Shown one piece after another: positions 41,022 to 53,149 of a DNA stretch of 64,000 nt; position 1 is the stretch's first letter; each line of letters begins with the position of its first letter. The stretch is from Leptogorgia sarmentosa (Eukaryota): the NCBI GenBank assembly GCA_964658305.1, contig OZ210885.1, positions 18,414,001-18,478,000 on the forward strand, written 5' to 3'. The translations under genes were made by a program, and so were the position numbers. The notes beneath the pieces are model-generated. The model saw nothing but the letters and a program-made list of their open reading frames with translations. It did not search any database and was not told the DNA's origin.

Positions 41022-42888
41022 CTGAGAAAGAATGCAAACGCACGCGAATATGTGCATTAAATCCCGGCCATTGTACCCCGGCCCTTTTTATACAGTGTTA
41101 AACCCCGGCCACGATATTCCGCATTTTATATCAGTGTTAAACCCCGGCTATTATACCCGTATTTATATCAGTGTTAAACCCCCGGTATAAAAAAAGCGAC
41201 GCTCAGTTAAAACGCTGTATTTGCCCCGCAAAGTCCCGTTAAAACCCGGCCCATCCCCGGGGGTCAAGGAGCCGGGCTTTCAATTGACTAGTGCATTACT
41301 GAACTGTCTTTTTCATACTATGCGTACCTTTCGAAGGGAAGTCACCATAGAGAAAATGGGCATTACAAATGATGAAAGAACCCAAGTACTAGAAATTTTG
41401 CAGTCAATGGCATATTCCAAAAGTGAGGAAGTTTATAAGGATCTGTATAACCAACTGATGTCAACTGGACTTAGTGCTGTGAAAAAGTACTTCAATGAAA
41501 GCTGGCATTCAATAAGAGATGAATGGGTCGAAGGTAGCAAGAACAAATATACAAATTTCTTGAACTCTACAAACAACCGTTTGGAAAGTATTAATCAAAA
41601 GCTCAAAGCTGTCGTGTCCAGGCACTCTTCATTGCTCGAATTTAATCAGCAACTACAGTGCTGTTTATCTTCACTCAAAACAGAAAGAGATCACAGGGCG
41701 ACCTCCATTTTTCAAAAGAGACCAGTCAATTGGAATGACTTTGAGGAACATGAGCGTCAATACTTCAGCAAATGTACACCCTTTGCTTTCAAGCACATCA
41801 AGAAACAACTTATTCTCTGTAACAAGGTTGGCAAGATTATGCCAAACACACCCGATGATGGTCTTTTTACAATCGAATTTAAGGGACGGAATCTTCAAGT
41901 CAGCTCTGAGAAATGCCAATGCAACTTTTTCACTTCAATGAAATTACCATGCAGACATATATTTGCCATTAGAAAAGAACTGAGTTTTCCTTTGTACTGT
42001 GAATCATTATGTGACCCAAGGTGGACAAAGGATCACTATCTTATATCGCATCGTGCTTTTAAATCATGTGAAAACCTAGGTAGCTCTTCACTAAATCATG
42101 AAAATGACCACCCAGAGGAATCTCTAGCTACAGTAACTCTTGAGAAGCAAGCAAGAAAGAAAGTACCCTCACAACATGAGAAATACAGAAAGACCTTTGG
42201 AATAACTCAAAAGTTAGCAACCATCACAAGTGAAGCATCTGGCACCATGTTTCAAAGACATTTAGCTACATTGCAACATATTTTGGAAGCCTGGCAAGGT
42301 GGGAGAGAGGTGTTAGTCAGTGTGGAGGATGATGCTGATAAGTTACTACAAGCAAGTTCTGGAGTTTGTGACACTGGAAACAAAAAGCAAGAGGAGGAAT
42401 TATCAATTTTAGGTGATAGCAATATCCAGGAAAATGATCAAAATAAAGTAGTAGAAAATAACAATATAACAAGAAGAGATAAAGAGATGCAAGACAATGT
42501 TTCTGGTAATTATATAACCTCACAATAGAATTGTAGTACTGTGAATTATTCATATTAGGTCAAACAAACATGAAGCTAAACAAATATGAAGTCTTTTTTT
42601 CCAATTAGGCCTTTGGTGCAGTAGAATATGTACAAAATGCCAGTAAAACTGTCAGTTTACCCTTTAAAACCAATGCATTCATTCTGAATTTTAGTAACAC
42701 TGTCTGAAATTAAGATGCCGCCAAAAATTGCAAGGAGAGGGAGGCCAAAAGGAGCAGAGTCAACAGTAATTGGATTGCCAAGAAAGAGAGAACATAAAGG
42801 GAAAAGCTAAGGCGAAACCAAAATTATTCATTAATAAATCTGCTAAAGAAAAGGAAGCATGTAAGTAAACTGTTTTTTTTTTGTAATA

Positions 42889-43470
42889 TCATACCTTGGT
42901 TTCTATTACCCTAGCATTACTTGGGTTCAAGTATTTTGTTAGTGCTGGCTTTTTGAGGCATTGTTGGAGGCAGTCAGTGCAAATGTTTGCCACTGTTGGT
43001 GACTTGACTCCATGTTCACCCTTCAAAAAACTTTCGAATGTCTTTGCCAACCCTGACAAACCGTTCCTCTGTAGGTTGATATACACTAAATCACTCTCAC
43101 CACTGCCCCACTTTTCGTGAAAGTGACGATTATTGCACGCTCTTGGATATTTAGGCATTTGTAGCTCTTAAAAGAACTGTTGTAGTGTGGAAAGTATGTT
43201 CGAAAACAAGTTCTGAGTAGTTCGTATCTGACTTCGGGTTTTTGGCGCGAATTCAGAGGCATGTCTTATTGGCTGCTGCAGATAAATGCAGTTAATTCAA
43301 ATAAGCCCAAAAAATAAAAAAACCAGGCCCCTCCAAGGCTTTATTTACGACCATATTTTTCGTATTAGAATACGTGCCTGAACCGGAAGTAGTAAACGCG
43401 TTTTGATTGGCCTCGCGGCAAAATGTCAACATATGCGCTGATTGGTCGAAAATGAAAAACAAAGTCATAT
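42889..43470 (-). mobile_element. Truncated 5' end of a relative of the 44.3-48.6 kb element
   Basis: ORF MPKYPRACNNRHFHEKW...ICTDCLQQCLKK parallels 44973-45237; shared CCAATCAGCGCAT.TGTTGACATTT...GCCAATCA motif near the end. Confidence 0.75.
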
Positions 43471-44295
43471 GCATAACGTTGTTCCTTGTTCAACGATCTT
43501 ACAGTTTTTCGTAGATTATACGTTGTACTGTTTCTTGAACATCTGGTTCATAAAACTTAGAAATATATGTCTGGTCTTCACCAGTGAGTTCCTGACCACT
43601 GTGAAGCTGTCACAACATTCATCACGACATTCGTCACAACATTCACCACACATTCTTAAGCAGAATTAAATCTGCTGATAAAGACCACATGTTGCACGCT
43701 AACTATTTATCATCATTTAAAAGTTTTAACAGTTAAAGTATACTATTTCTTGAGCAGATTTAACAAATTCTTCATGTTCTAACATGCCCTAAATTCCCAA
43801 AATAATTTCGAGAAGGTTTAGGTAATAGTGACTATGAAACCTTTCGGATTCAAAGTCTCTTCCTGTTTGATATACAATTAGTAGTTTACACCTTATATGC
43901 TACAGGTCCCACATTTAGTAAGTGTCTAATACTGAAATTTAGTAAGTGTCCAAATCTATACTTTTAATCACCGTATATATACATATATATAAGGGAATGT
44001 GCACACAGATGTGCAGAAGCTATATCATATAAAGAACTTTAATAATTAGAATTGTCAAAAGGAAGGGGATGGCTGGCTGTGGCTCACTACATATGACATC
44101 TAATAATAGATCTCCATATATTATAATTACATTCAAACAGAAACTAATTTTTTATACTGAAGGGCTTTAATAATACAAAATTCCTTGTTTCAACCTGAGA
44201 AAAAAATTAATGAAACTCATTTATCTTAATTCGAATTGTTCGAATACTAGACATAAAATTTTCACTTCAAACTATACTTAAAAACATTTCATTGA

Positions 44296-47200
44296 ACAAG
44301 GGCGAATTTCGTTGTCAGCCAATCAGCGCATTTGTTGACATTTAGGCTCTGAGCCAATCAGAATGCGCAAATGCCGAAATTTGTAAACATTCGGAGGGTG
44401 TCATAAAAAGTGCGTTCTGAGGCTCATTTTTAATCTTTTTTAAATAAAATTGAGGTATGTTGTTCTCAAGTAACTTCTCCTCAACTTCCTCAGACGGATT
44501 TATGTTTTATTGCGTTTTTGCAAAGTTATGTGCTTCCAAATTTTGTCTTGCGCAAGTCCGAAAAATATGGCTACTATGTCTTAGCTTCACGAAAAACAAC
44601 AACATTCTCAGCTTTTGAACGCAAACACTTAGAAACCTTCCTCGTTCTCGAATTATGTTTGCTTTTCTACATGATTAATAGCGATAAAAAGATCCAACGA
44701 ATCAAGTTAGATGTATAAAATACCAATCTTTTGCGAGTAGGTTTGGTACTGTATGTCTTTTCGCAATATAAATTAATCAAGGGGAGGGGGGTTGATAACT
44801 TCAACAAAAGTTGAAAAATCAACAATTCAGAACACGTTAACTGTAACATTCCATGTGTTCTAATTTATGCTTCTTGCTGATGGCATATTCCCGCCCGCAA
44901 CAAATAATTTGCTTCGTTTTTAATACGTTCTTTGACTGCATCGCTGTTCTTCAACTTTACAATTGGTTTCAAAATGCCAAAATTTACAAGAGCATGCAAC
45001 CATCTTTTTCACCAAGAATGGTCTGGCGGAAAAGATTCACATATCGTGAACTTAAAAGCTTATGCCTTGAGCGATCTATCAAGGGCATTTGTTAAATTTT
45101 TAAGCGAAAAAACGGACGTCAATTCACCAATAGTGAACCACGTTTGTTGCGAATGCCTTCAGCAGTGCCTCAAAAAGAGGACCTTTACGAAACATCTTCC
45201 ACGTCCACAAACACTCAGTGTTTTAGAAAACAAGGTACAGTACGTTTGCATATAAACTGTCTCAAAAACGTCATTTTAAAACAAAATTTCTATCCAAAAC
45301 ATATTCACAATTTTTTCACTTTTTATACAATGTTGTTAAAATAGGGTTGTGGGGTTTGGGGAAAGTGCAAATTTAAATGTAAAATAGTGAGGGATATATC
45401 GAAATCCGAAATTTTTCACTGGTGTCTCTGTTCATTGCTTCATTGGGTGAGAAAAGCATTTTTTTTTTAAATGTAGCTTGAAGTTTTAGTGAATTCCCTT
45501 AATCCTGCCAATGAAGTGACAAGTGTACAAAATGTAAGTGTTCCTGAGCCCATTCCACCCAGTAGCCAGAATAGTGAATCTACCAATACACTCAGTAGCC
45601 AAAATAGTGAATCCACCATAACCCTGACCTCACCAAGTCACACATCACAAGATCCAGATGAGGTTCCAGCACCGACAACTTCCACTCAAGCTGGTGTATT
45701 TATCTCAAGTGAAGACTACAAAGATCTGCTCAGTAAAACTGCTGGTTATGTTGATATGAAGGGTGACCTAGAAAAAATAAAAACAGTCCTTTCAACCCAC
45801 TCTCAATCTCCTGTGATGGATCCTGAGCAATTCGAAATAATGTGCAGGCAGGTTGGAGCTGGAAAGCTATTTCAAAGTCTGTATGACACTATGATAACAG
45901 ATAGAATGTCTGAAGAGCATCAAAACCTCACAAAACTAAGGGCAATGGTCATAATATATATAATAATCTACTCACAATCGCAAAGAGCAAACTGGTTCCA
46001 AGTATCACTCTCCCGGACACTGCAGCAATTTGGCATCAGTGAACGAGGTCTTGCTTCATTGCAAAATCTGGGAATTGCAGCTCATCCTCGTACTGTTCTG
46101 GACGCCACAAATGTATCATCTTCAACACACCTTGACCGAGTTACCACATTCTTTCAAAATGTAATTGATAATGAACAATTCATCGTCTTTTGTATCGATG
46201 ATTACCACAACATACACACGAAGCATCGCCCTGAATCAAAGGTCCAAACTCAGTCAGTTCACACTACTACTCTCTTGGTTGAAGTTTTCCCAAGCATTAA
46301 AGCAATTAGGAATCAAGATGCACCTCACTTACTACCTGCAGATCCTGTCAACATAACATCACTTGCCAAGCTTATTGACCAACATATGGGTAGATTATCC
46401 CAAACATATGCTACCAACATGCCAGACTGGGTATTGGCAAAATATTTTGACCCGGAAGCAGAATGCCAAAGGCTTGTGTTACATGACTATCAGCAAACTG
46501 AAATTCGTGAAATGCGATGTATGGACAACACCAAGCTTGTTGACAGCCTTGGTCTATCCCTTAAATCCTACAACAATCTGCTCACAGCATTCAACCACAT
46601 GCTATCTAATGGTTTGCAAGATTACCTAAACCACTTCACAGCTCCATTTCTTGGAGACTGGCCGATGCAGTTTTTTATGCGACAGCTCGTGTACAACACT
46701 GATTTAGTGAACCTACCTGCTGCTTGTAAGAATGTTGTCCCAATAATTGGTCCTCTCCACATCTCTCTCAATTCAAGAGAGTGTGTTGTGATGAACTTTC
46801 ATGGGATTTTTGCAGAGCTTTATTGTTTTCTTTTTGGTGACAAAGCAAAACTTGCAAAGAAACCTAAGCCTTGGAGAATATCGCTTTTGCTTGAAGTAAT
46901 CTATGGGGGTTGGACCCTTATTAGAGAAGTTATTTTGTCTGCCTTTTCTCAGTGCAAGGACATTGAGTATCTAACACTGACTAACCTCGTTGACAATTAT
47001 GTTCCAGTTGTGCTGTCCATTTATTCCATTGTTTTTAAATGCAACAACTACGATTTATACAGCATCTCACTTTTACGTTGTTGGATAATGCTGATGGTGT
47101 TTCGTCGAAGGCACTATGACAAGGCTTTACTTGTTGTTCTTTCCTTGTTCGAGTATTGGAAAGATAAAGATCACCCAATGTACCAAACATTTAAACAGTT

Positions 47201-48615
47201 CTTACTAGCATTTGATGAATACCCTGTGGAGAATTTCCATTCTGTGTTACGTGCCAGAACAATCAAGACAGACACAGCAGAGCAAATTCGGGTCAAGGCT
47301 AAGGAGATTGACTTATGTAAAAAGCAATTGCATGACTTCCAGTCTGCCTTTGTTCCCCCTAAAAAGTTCAATTTTAGTAGCAAACGAATTGACAAACTGA
47401 AGGTGAAAGCAGCAATATTCCTTTCAAAAAAATTTGAGGCAATCAACTTGAATCCTGGACAGGCAAATCAAATACCCAGGCAATGCAAGCAAAGAAAATA
47501 CATTACCAAATGGACTCTTCCAAATCTGTTTGGCCAGCAAGTTGTAACCAACCGAATATTGCCACTTGGATTTTCCTGTGTTGCCGAATCACCAAATCCT
47601 GATAGGTAAGATGGTGTGTCAGAGTAAAAATTCTGTACATGATTTCTATCAATTTTGAAGCTGTTTATAACCTTGCCTGAAAGAAACAAAATGATACAAA
47701 GGTTAACCCTTGACATTTTCGAAAACAATAAAAAACTCTGTTAAAAAATCGCCTAGGAGCCCTCGACGACCATACTTCAGTAAAATTGATGTTGTGACAG
47801 CTTATATATACACTATACATCCTGTGGCCCAGTTCAGGAGTTGCCATAAGGTCATTATGGTGATAACCTTGAGAGGACTATACGTTTTGTATATATAACT
47901 ACATTAAATATATAGAAAAATACTTTCATATATAAGCGTGAAACAACTGGAAAATATAATATGTACCTTCCATTATTTAAACAGCAAGTGTGACAGGATC
48001 GGATGCACCCGAGAAAGCACACTTTTTCGAGTTTTTCGAGGCTGTGGTCATTCCTTCCACGTCGAATGCAATCTCCCGGACGTAAGCGTTTGTCAGGCTT
48101 GCAAGGCGTTCCTCACAAAAAGGATCGAGGTTTTGAGTGAAACGGCGAACAAGGCAGTCAAAGAGTTCACCGCAGACGAGGTAAATGAATGTGAAAGCGA
48201 CGACACTGAACAAACTTTGTGAACAAACTGTTGCACAATTGTTAAATGAAATAAACACTTGGCGACGCGTCGAAGGTCCACGGCAGTAACATGTTGTTAT
48301 CCGCTCTCGACATAGCACACCCCGGATATAATCAACAAATACAACGTACTAATTTAAATTAACTCGATTAATTTTACGACGCAAGAAAATATCTATTTAT
48401 ATAGCAATATTCCAGAGCGAGCCTAAAAATAGGCCATATTTTTCGGACTTGCGCAAGACAAAATTTGGAAGCACATAACTTTGCGAAAACGCAATAAAAC
48501 ATAAATCCCTCCGAGGAAGTTGAGGAGAAGTTACTTGAGAACAACATACCTCAATTTTATTTAAAAAAGATTAAAAATGAGCCTCAGAACGCACTTTTTA
48601 TGACACCCTCCGAAT
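44296..48615 (+). mobile_element. TIR DNA transposon, Academ-like (tentative); right end probably truncated
   Basis: ~184-bp inverted repeats 44389-44572 and 48432-48615 around a transposase-like gene; no TSD visible. Confidence 0.75.
44973..48290 (+). CDS. Three-exon putative transposase: N-terminal Cys/His domain, DDE-like core, C-terminal RING-like finger
   Basis: Exons 44973-45234, ~45477-47605 (IDDYHNIH, GDWPMQ, GPLHISLN, DEYPVENFHS) and 47985-~48290 (C..C..CGHSFHVEC..CQAC). Confidence 0.65.
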
Positions 48616-48791
48616 ATTTTTATACACTACCGTGTTTTTGCCATTTTAAAGTAAAGGTGTGATATGAGAATTAGTCTGCAACTCAAACGGAAATGCATGT
48701 GAACTTCAAGTCCTTTTTTTCATTACCTATTCTATAGAAATTTTTTATTTTCACATAATATGTTATTCAGAAAACACTGATATATCATACA

Positions 48792-49922
48792 TTATTATAT
48801 AGACAAGCACTATACAGGGTGTATAAAAAAAAACGCAATCCAAGTTTAAGGCTTTATAACCAAAATAATGTACATTTCCATGTCTTAACTTTTAGTTCAT
48901 GTTTTAGCCCTATCTTTTTTCTACTCAATAAGTGGTCGATTGTGACTTTTTAGGCCATTTAGGACTTCAAAATAAGTGATTTACTGCAAGCAGTCATTTT
49001 TAGATGCTTCGAATTCGACGTTCTTAATTCCGAAGGGGACGTTATCGTTGCATGCGAATATTTTGTTTGAAATATTTTCGCGAAATAATTTTAAAGTCTT
49101 AGGCATCATGCCACAGCTCACTACAGCAGAAATAACTTTTATTGTTGAAGGTTACTTTGTAACAAAAAGTATTCAGGAAGTTTTAAGATTGTTTCGAATA
49201 GCTTTCCCGGATCGACAAGTCCCAAATTCGACGACCGTTTGGCGTAACGTACTTAAATACCGGCAGATACAGCTTGAAGCAGATGCTTTACATGGAAATC
49301 ATGAACTAATAAGAAGAGTTGCACGGGAAATGCAACGTCGAAGTGATTTGTGTGTGGTGAGAAAGCCAGGCCACGTTGAATGATTGTAACCAACTAAATT
49401 TAAATTTTTAATAAATTCAAGCTATCTCAAATTTTAAATTGTCCAATCACACTTACTAAAAATATCATTACTCGCTCATTTCCAACTCAAATTCAACAAA
49501 CAAGCAGTCTTAAGAAAGCGGAATGATAGAGCTTTCTAACGGTGGTAAATATAGCCTATTTTCTAATACTTTTCGTTATGAAAATTGCATTTGAACGTAG
49601 GATTGCGCTTTTTTTGATACACCCTGTATATGAGATATTCTGTAATCTGATTGGCTGAGCTACTCACTAGCTATTACTTCATATATAGTGAGTAGGACGA
49701 ATTAATTATCTCACTCAAGTGAGCTTAAAACAAAATGGCTGAAAATGGCTGAGCGTTTCCCTCAAATGAATGATTTTAATAAATTTTATAATGTTCGCCT
49801 TTTGTCTATATAATAAAACAATTATACCATTCGCTCTCGTCGTATATGGCTGATAGCCAACTCGGCTGCGCCTCGTCGGCTATCAGCTCATATACGACTC
49901 GAGCTCATGGTATAATTGTTAA
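48792..49922. mobile_element. Small insertion with terminal hairpin (Crypton-like non-autonomous, tentative), itself carrying a Tc1 element
   Basis: Interrupts the repeat unit at CATACA|ATGTATAG; imperfect palindrome at 49818-49921; no TSD. Confidence 0.5.
48815..49626 (+). mobile_element. Internally deleted Tc1/mariner element
   Basis: TA TSD; TIR CAGGGTGTAT.AAAAAAA.CGCAATCC; ORF 49108-49383 joins an N-terminal HTH directly to the typical C-terminus (RR..LC....GHVE). Confidence 0.88.
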
Positions 49923-52037
49923 ATGTATAGGTTGGTCTGCGGACCGAATGATATCAATGTGTTTTTTACTTTGAACATTGATGTAATATGATGCATTTCT
50001 GAGGAATGTGCATGTTAAATTTCAAGTCTTTTTCTCGCTTCATTCTAGCCATAGATTTTTTATTTTCAAATATATTATACATATTTCAACGATAATTCCA
50101 ACAATGTATTGCTTGCCTTTAATATTTTTATACACTACCGTGTTTTTGCCATTTTAAAGTAAAGGTGTGATATGAGAATTAATCTGCAACTCAAACGGAA
50201 ATGCATGTGAACTTCAAGTCCTTTTTTTCATTACCTATTCTATAGAAAATTTCTATTTTCACATATGTTATTCAGAAAACACTGATATATCATACAATGT
50301 ATAGCTTGGCCTGGGGACCGAATGATATCAATGCGTTTTTTAACTTTGAACATTGATGGAATATGATGCGTTTCTGAGGAATGTGCATGTTAAATTTCAA
50401 GTCTTTTTCTCGCTTCATTCTAGCCATAGATTTTTCATTTTGCAATATATTATACATATTTCAACGATAATTCCGACAATGCATTGTTTGCCTTTAATAT
50501 TTTTATACACTACCGTGTTTTTGCCATTTTAAAGTAAAGGTTTGATATGAGAATTAGTCTTCAACTCAAACGGAAATGCATGTGAGTCCTTTTTTTCATT
50601 ACCTATTCTATAGAAATTTTTTATTTTCACATAATATGTTATTCAGAAAACACTGATATATCATACAATGTATAGTTTGGCCTGGGGACAGTAGTACTAT
50701 ACTGGCACCGTTTCCGATATTGCATGGGATTTTGCGTTGTGCATGGGGTTGCGTGGGGAATATTGAGTGGGGTATATTGCGTGTGATTTTTCCACACCCC
50801 CCTTTTTAAAGGATTTCACACCCCCTTTACAAACAATGTTTTTTCAAACGATGTTTTTAAACAACAAACGTTTTTATTAATCAAAAAATGTGTTTGTGTA
50901 CAAAGTGTTTTTCTTATGTGTATACAAATCAACAAATATTTTCATCTTTTTCGTCTAGATCTTCATCGTAGTATACACTATAACCTCTTTTTTCATTAGC
51001 GTTATATAATATAACTTCTTCTATTTCAGTGTTTTTTTCCTTAAGCCAATCCTCATATTCCTTGACCTTTGCAGCTTCATAATGGCGGAATTCTTCATTA
51101 TTTTCGTTTATTTTGCTTTGTTCTGCAACGGTGTTGTCATTGGGTTTGTTTGTCATTAATATTCTTTAAGCGTCCATATGTTCCCACGGACAAGGCCACT
51201 TTGCTAGTTCTTGAGAAAGGGCATCCATTTCTTGTTGAGAGAAGGTATTCATTTCCTTACTCATTTCACCCATTGATCTTCATCAACTGGCTGACTTTGC
51301 CATCTTTCGCACACTTCTTCCCACGTAAAACTGTTAGCTTCTTCCATTTTACAAGCAGTTGTGTTTAACGCATGTAATTTTTTCCTTTAAATAGACATTT
51401 TCCTGAGGTTTTTTTCCTGTGGTTATTTTTCCTGTGGTTATTTTTCCTGCGGTTTTTCCTATGGTTTTTTTCCTGTGGTTTTTTCCTGTGGTTATTTTTC
51501 CTGAGGTTTAAAATTGTTCTGAATAACTAACAGATAACTGTCAATAAAAACACGGGATTATGAATTGGCGAACGTTTAACTATGAAAAACAAAATTGTTT
51601 TTTCACATTTTGGTGAGCATAAGCAAAGAAGCGACCACATTTTAGCAAGCACAACGGAGAAAAAATGTTCAGCAACCACCAGAAGTCCGTGTATGAACGA
51701 GCGTGTCGCCAAAAGATACGGCAAGAGTGAAAATTCTATCAGGTTCTACAGCCGTGGCTACAAGTGAAATATCCCGAAATTTTAGCGGAATGCAATATGT
51801 TTTTTGGCAAATTACAGGACAGAAATCCGAAAGCAAAAAATTTAGCAACGACAGCTCACTTCAGACGGTTTTGTTCAGATGGAATAGGTATTATGTTTTC
51901 TATCTTATATATATATATATATTTTTATATGTTTACAATTTATTTTCTGTGTTGTAATTTTATAGACTTTACGCAGACAGTACCGAATGAGTTGTCGCCA
52001 CCGCCACCGATGTGTTTAGATGAAATAGGTAAGTATT

Positions 52038-52856
52038 ATGGTTTTTATATTATGTTTTTTGTCAGCAATTTATTTTCTGTGTTGTAATTTTATAGACTTT
52101 ACGCAAACAGTGCCGTTTGACCCAGCACCGATGCCTATATCCGAACCTATGTTGCCACCACCAATGTCTATGTTTTCACCTCCACCACCAATGCCTATAT
52201 CCGGACCTATGTTGCCGCCACCAATGTCTATGTTTTCGCCCCCACCACCAATGCCTATATCCGAACCTATGTTGCCACCACCAATGTCTATGTTTTCGCC
52301 CCCACCACCAATGCCTATATCCGGACCTATGTTGCCGCCACCGATGCCTATATCCGAACCTATGTTGCCACCACCAATGTCTATGTTTTCGCCCCCACCA
52401 CCGATGCCTATATCCGAACCTGACAGTCCCGAACCCGAAGGGGATGATGAATCAGATAGCTCCGAACCTGGTAGTCCTGAACCCGAAGGGGGTGATGAAT
52501 CAGATAGCTCCGAACCTGGTAGTCCTGAACCCGAAGGGGGTGATGAATCAGATAGCTCCGAACCTGACAGTCCCGAACCCGAAGGGGGTGATGAATCAGA
52601 TAGCTCCGAACCCAATGAGGCACCATCAGATAGCCCAGTTTTTATTAGCCAGCGACGTCCGGATACACCAGATTCAGGGCTAAACACGCCCGAACCACTC
52701 GACCCTGACCCATATGAGAGAATAAAAGAACATATTGAAGACTTCAACTGGGGTGACGTCGAAATCATTGACTGGGAATGCTTCGAGCAGGACCTTGACT
52801 GTATTGAGAAAATTGATTTTGAGAATTATGGCTTTTTAATAGTAACGAATTTTTAA
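52038..52856 (+). CDS. Pro-rich/acidic repeat protein (likely last exon of a spliced Polinton gene)
   Basis: 60-bp MPISEPMLPPPMSMFSPPPP repeats and 51-bp SEPGSPEPEGGDESDS repeats; acceptor TTTTATAG at ~52095. Confidence 0.55.
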   Translation: MVFILCFLSAIYFLCCNFIDFTQTVPFDPAPMPISEPMLPPPMSMFSPPPPMPISGPMLPPPMSMFSPPPPMPISEPMLPPPMSMFSPPPPMPISGPMLPPPMPISEPMLPPPMSMFSPPPPMPISEPDSPEPEGDDESDSSEPGSPEPEGGDESDSSEPGSPEPEGGDESDSSEPDSPEPEGGDESDSSEPNEAPSDSPVFISQRRPDTPDSGLNTPEPLDPDPYERIKEHIEDFNWGDVEIIDWECFEQDLDCIEKIDFENYGFLIVTNF

Positions 52857-53149
52857 TTCTTTTTATAGTAATGAATTTTTATATTAAAAAATAATGACAT
52901 AATTGTTGTTGCTGTTATTACGGTGCAGAATTGCTACGCATGCGCGCGTAAGAAAAAGTCAAGTTTTGAGTGTTTAAATAACTTTTATTAACTTTGAATA
53001 AATGTTACAAGCCTTACGTCGGATATCGTCTAAAACAAGTCTCCCTACAAAGCCGATCTTATAACAATTTACTCTAAAACGTTTTTGAGTTAGTTCCAAA
53101 CAGAATGACCTCTTGTGTAAAACAGGAACGGAGATGGTTTCTTTTCATC

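Larger units (their letters stand above)
33041..41295 (-). mobile_element. 8.25-kb TIR DNA transposon of uncertain superfamily
   Basis: ~58-bp TIRs TGCACTAGTCAATTGAAAGCCCGGC; TTA duplicated (33038-33040 and 41296-41298); subterminal GTGTTAAACCCCGG repeats; removal restores the MULE frame QAGLLNCLFH. Confidence 0.9.
7220..42860 (+). pseudogene. Spliced Mutator/MULE (ZSWIM3-like) transposase gene with N-terminal Ulp1-like protease; interrupted by 5 insertions
   Basis: Approximate exons: 7220-7241, 7364-7421, 8914-10720 joined to 17459-17636, 17916-18024, 31822-32039, 32315-32627 joined to 33001-33040 and 41299-42504, ~42696-42860. Motifs: WRKY/FAR1-like C..HNH, LLVDATYK (D), IMADKDMTE (D), CLFH, TNNRLES (E), SWIM CQC..PCRH, AT-hook RGRPK. 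Contains internal stops. Confidence 0.85.
48613..50689. repeat. ~375-bp tandem array, ~2.5 units; first unit interrupted
   Basis: AATATTTTTATACACTACCGTG at about 48613, 50121 and 50496. Confidence 0.9.

Noticed and set aside
52070..52768. Gly-rich antisense ORF and Cys/His-rich alternative-frame ORF (52117-52683)
   Set aside because: Shadows of the same tandem repeats; low complexity keeps the frames open.
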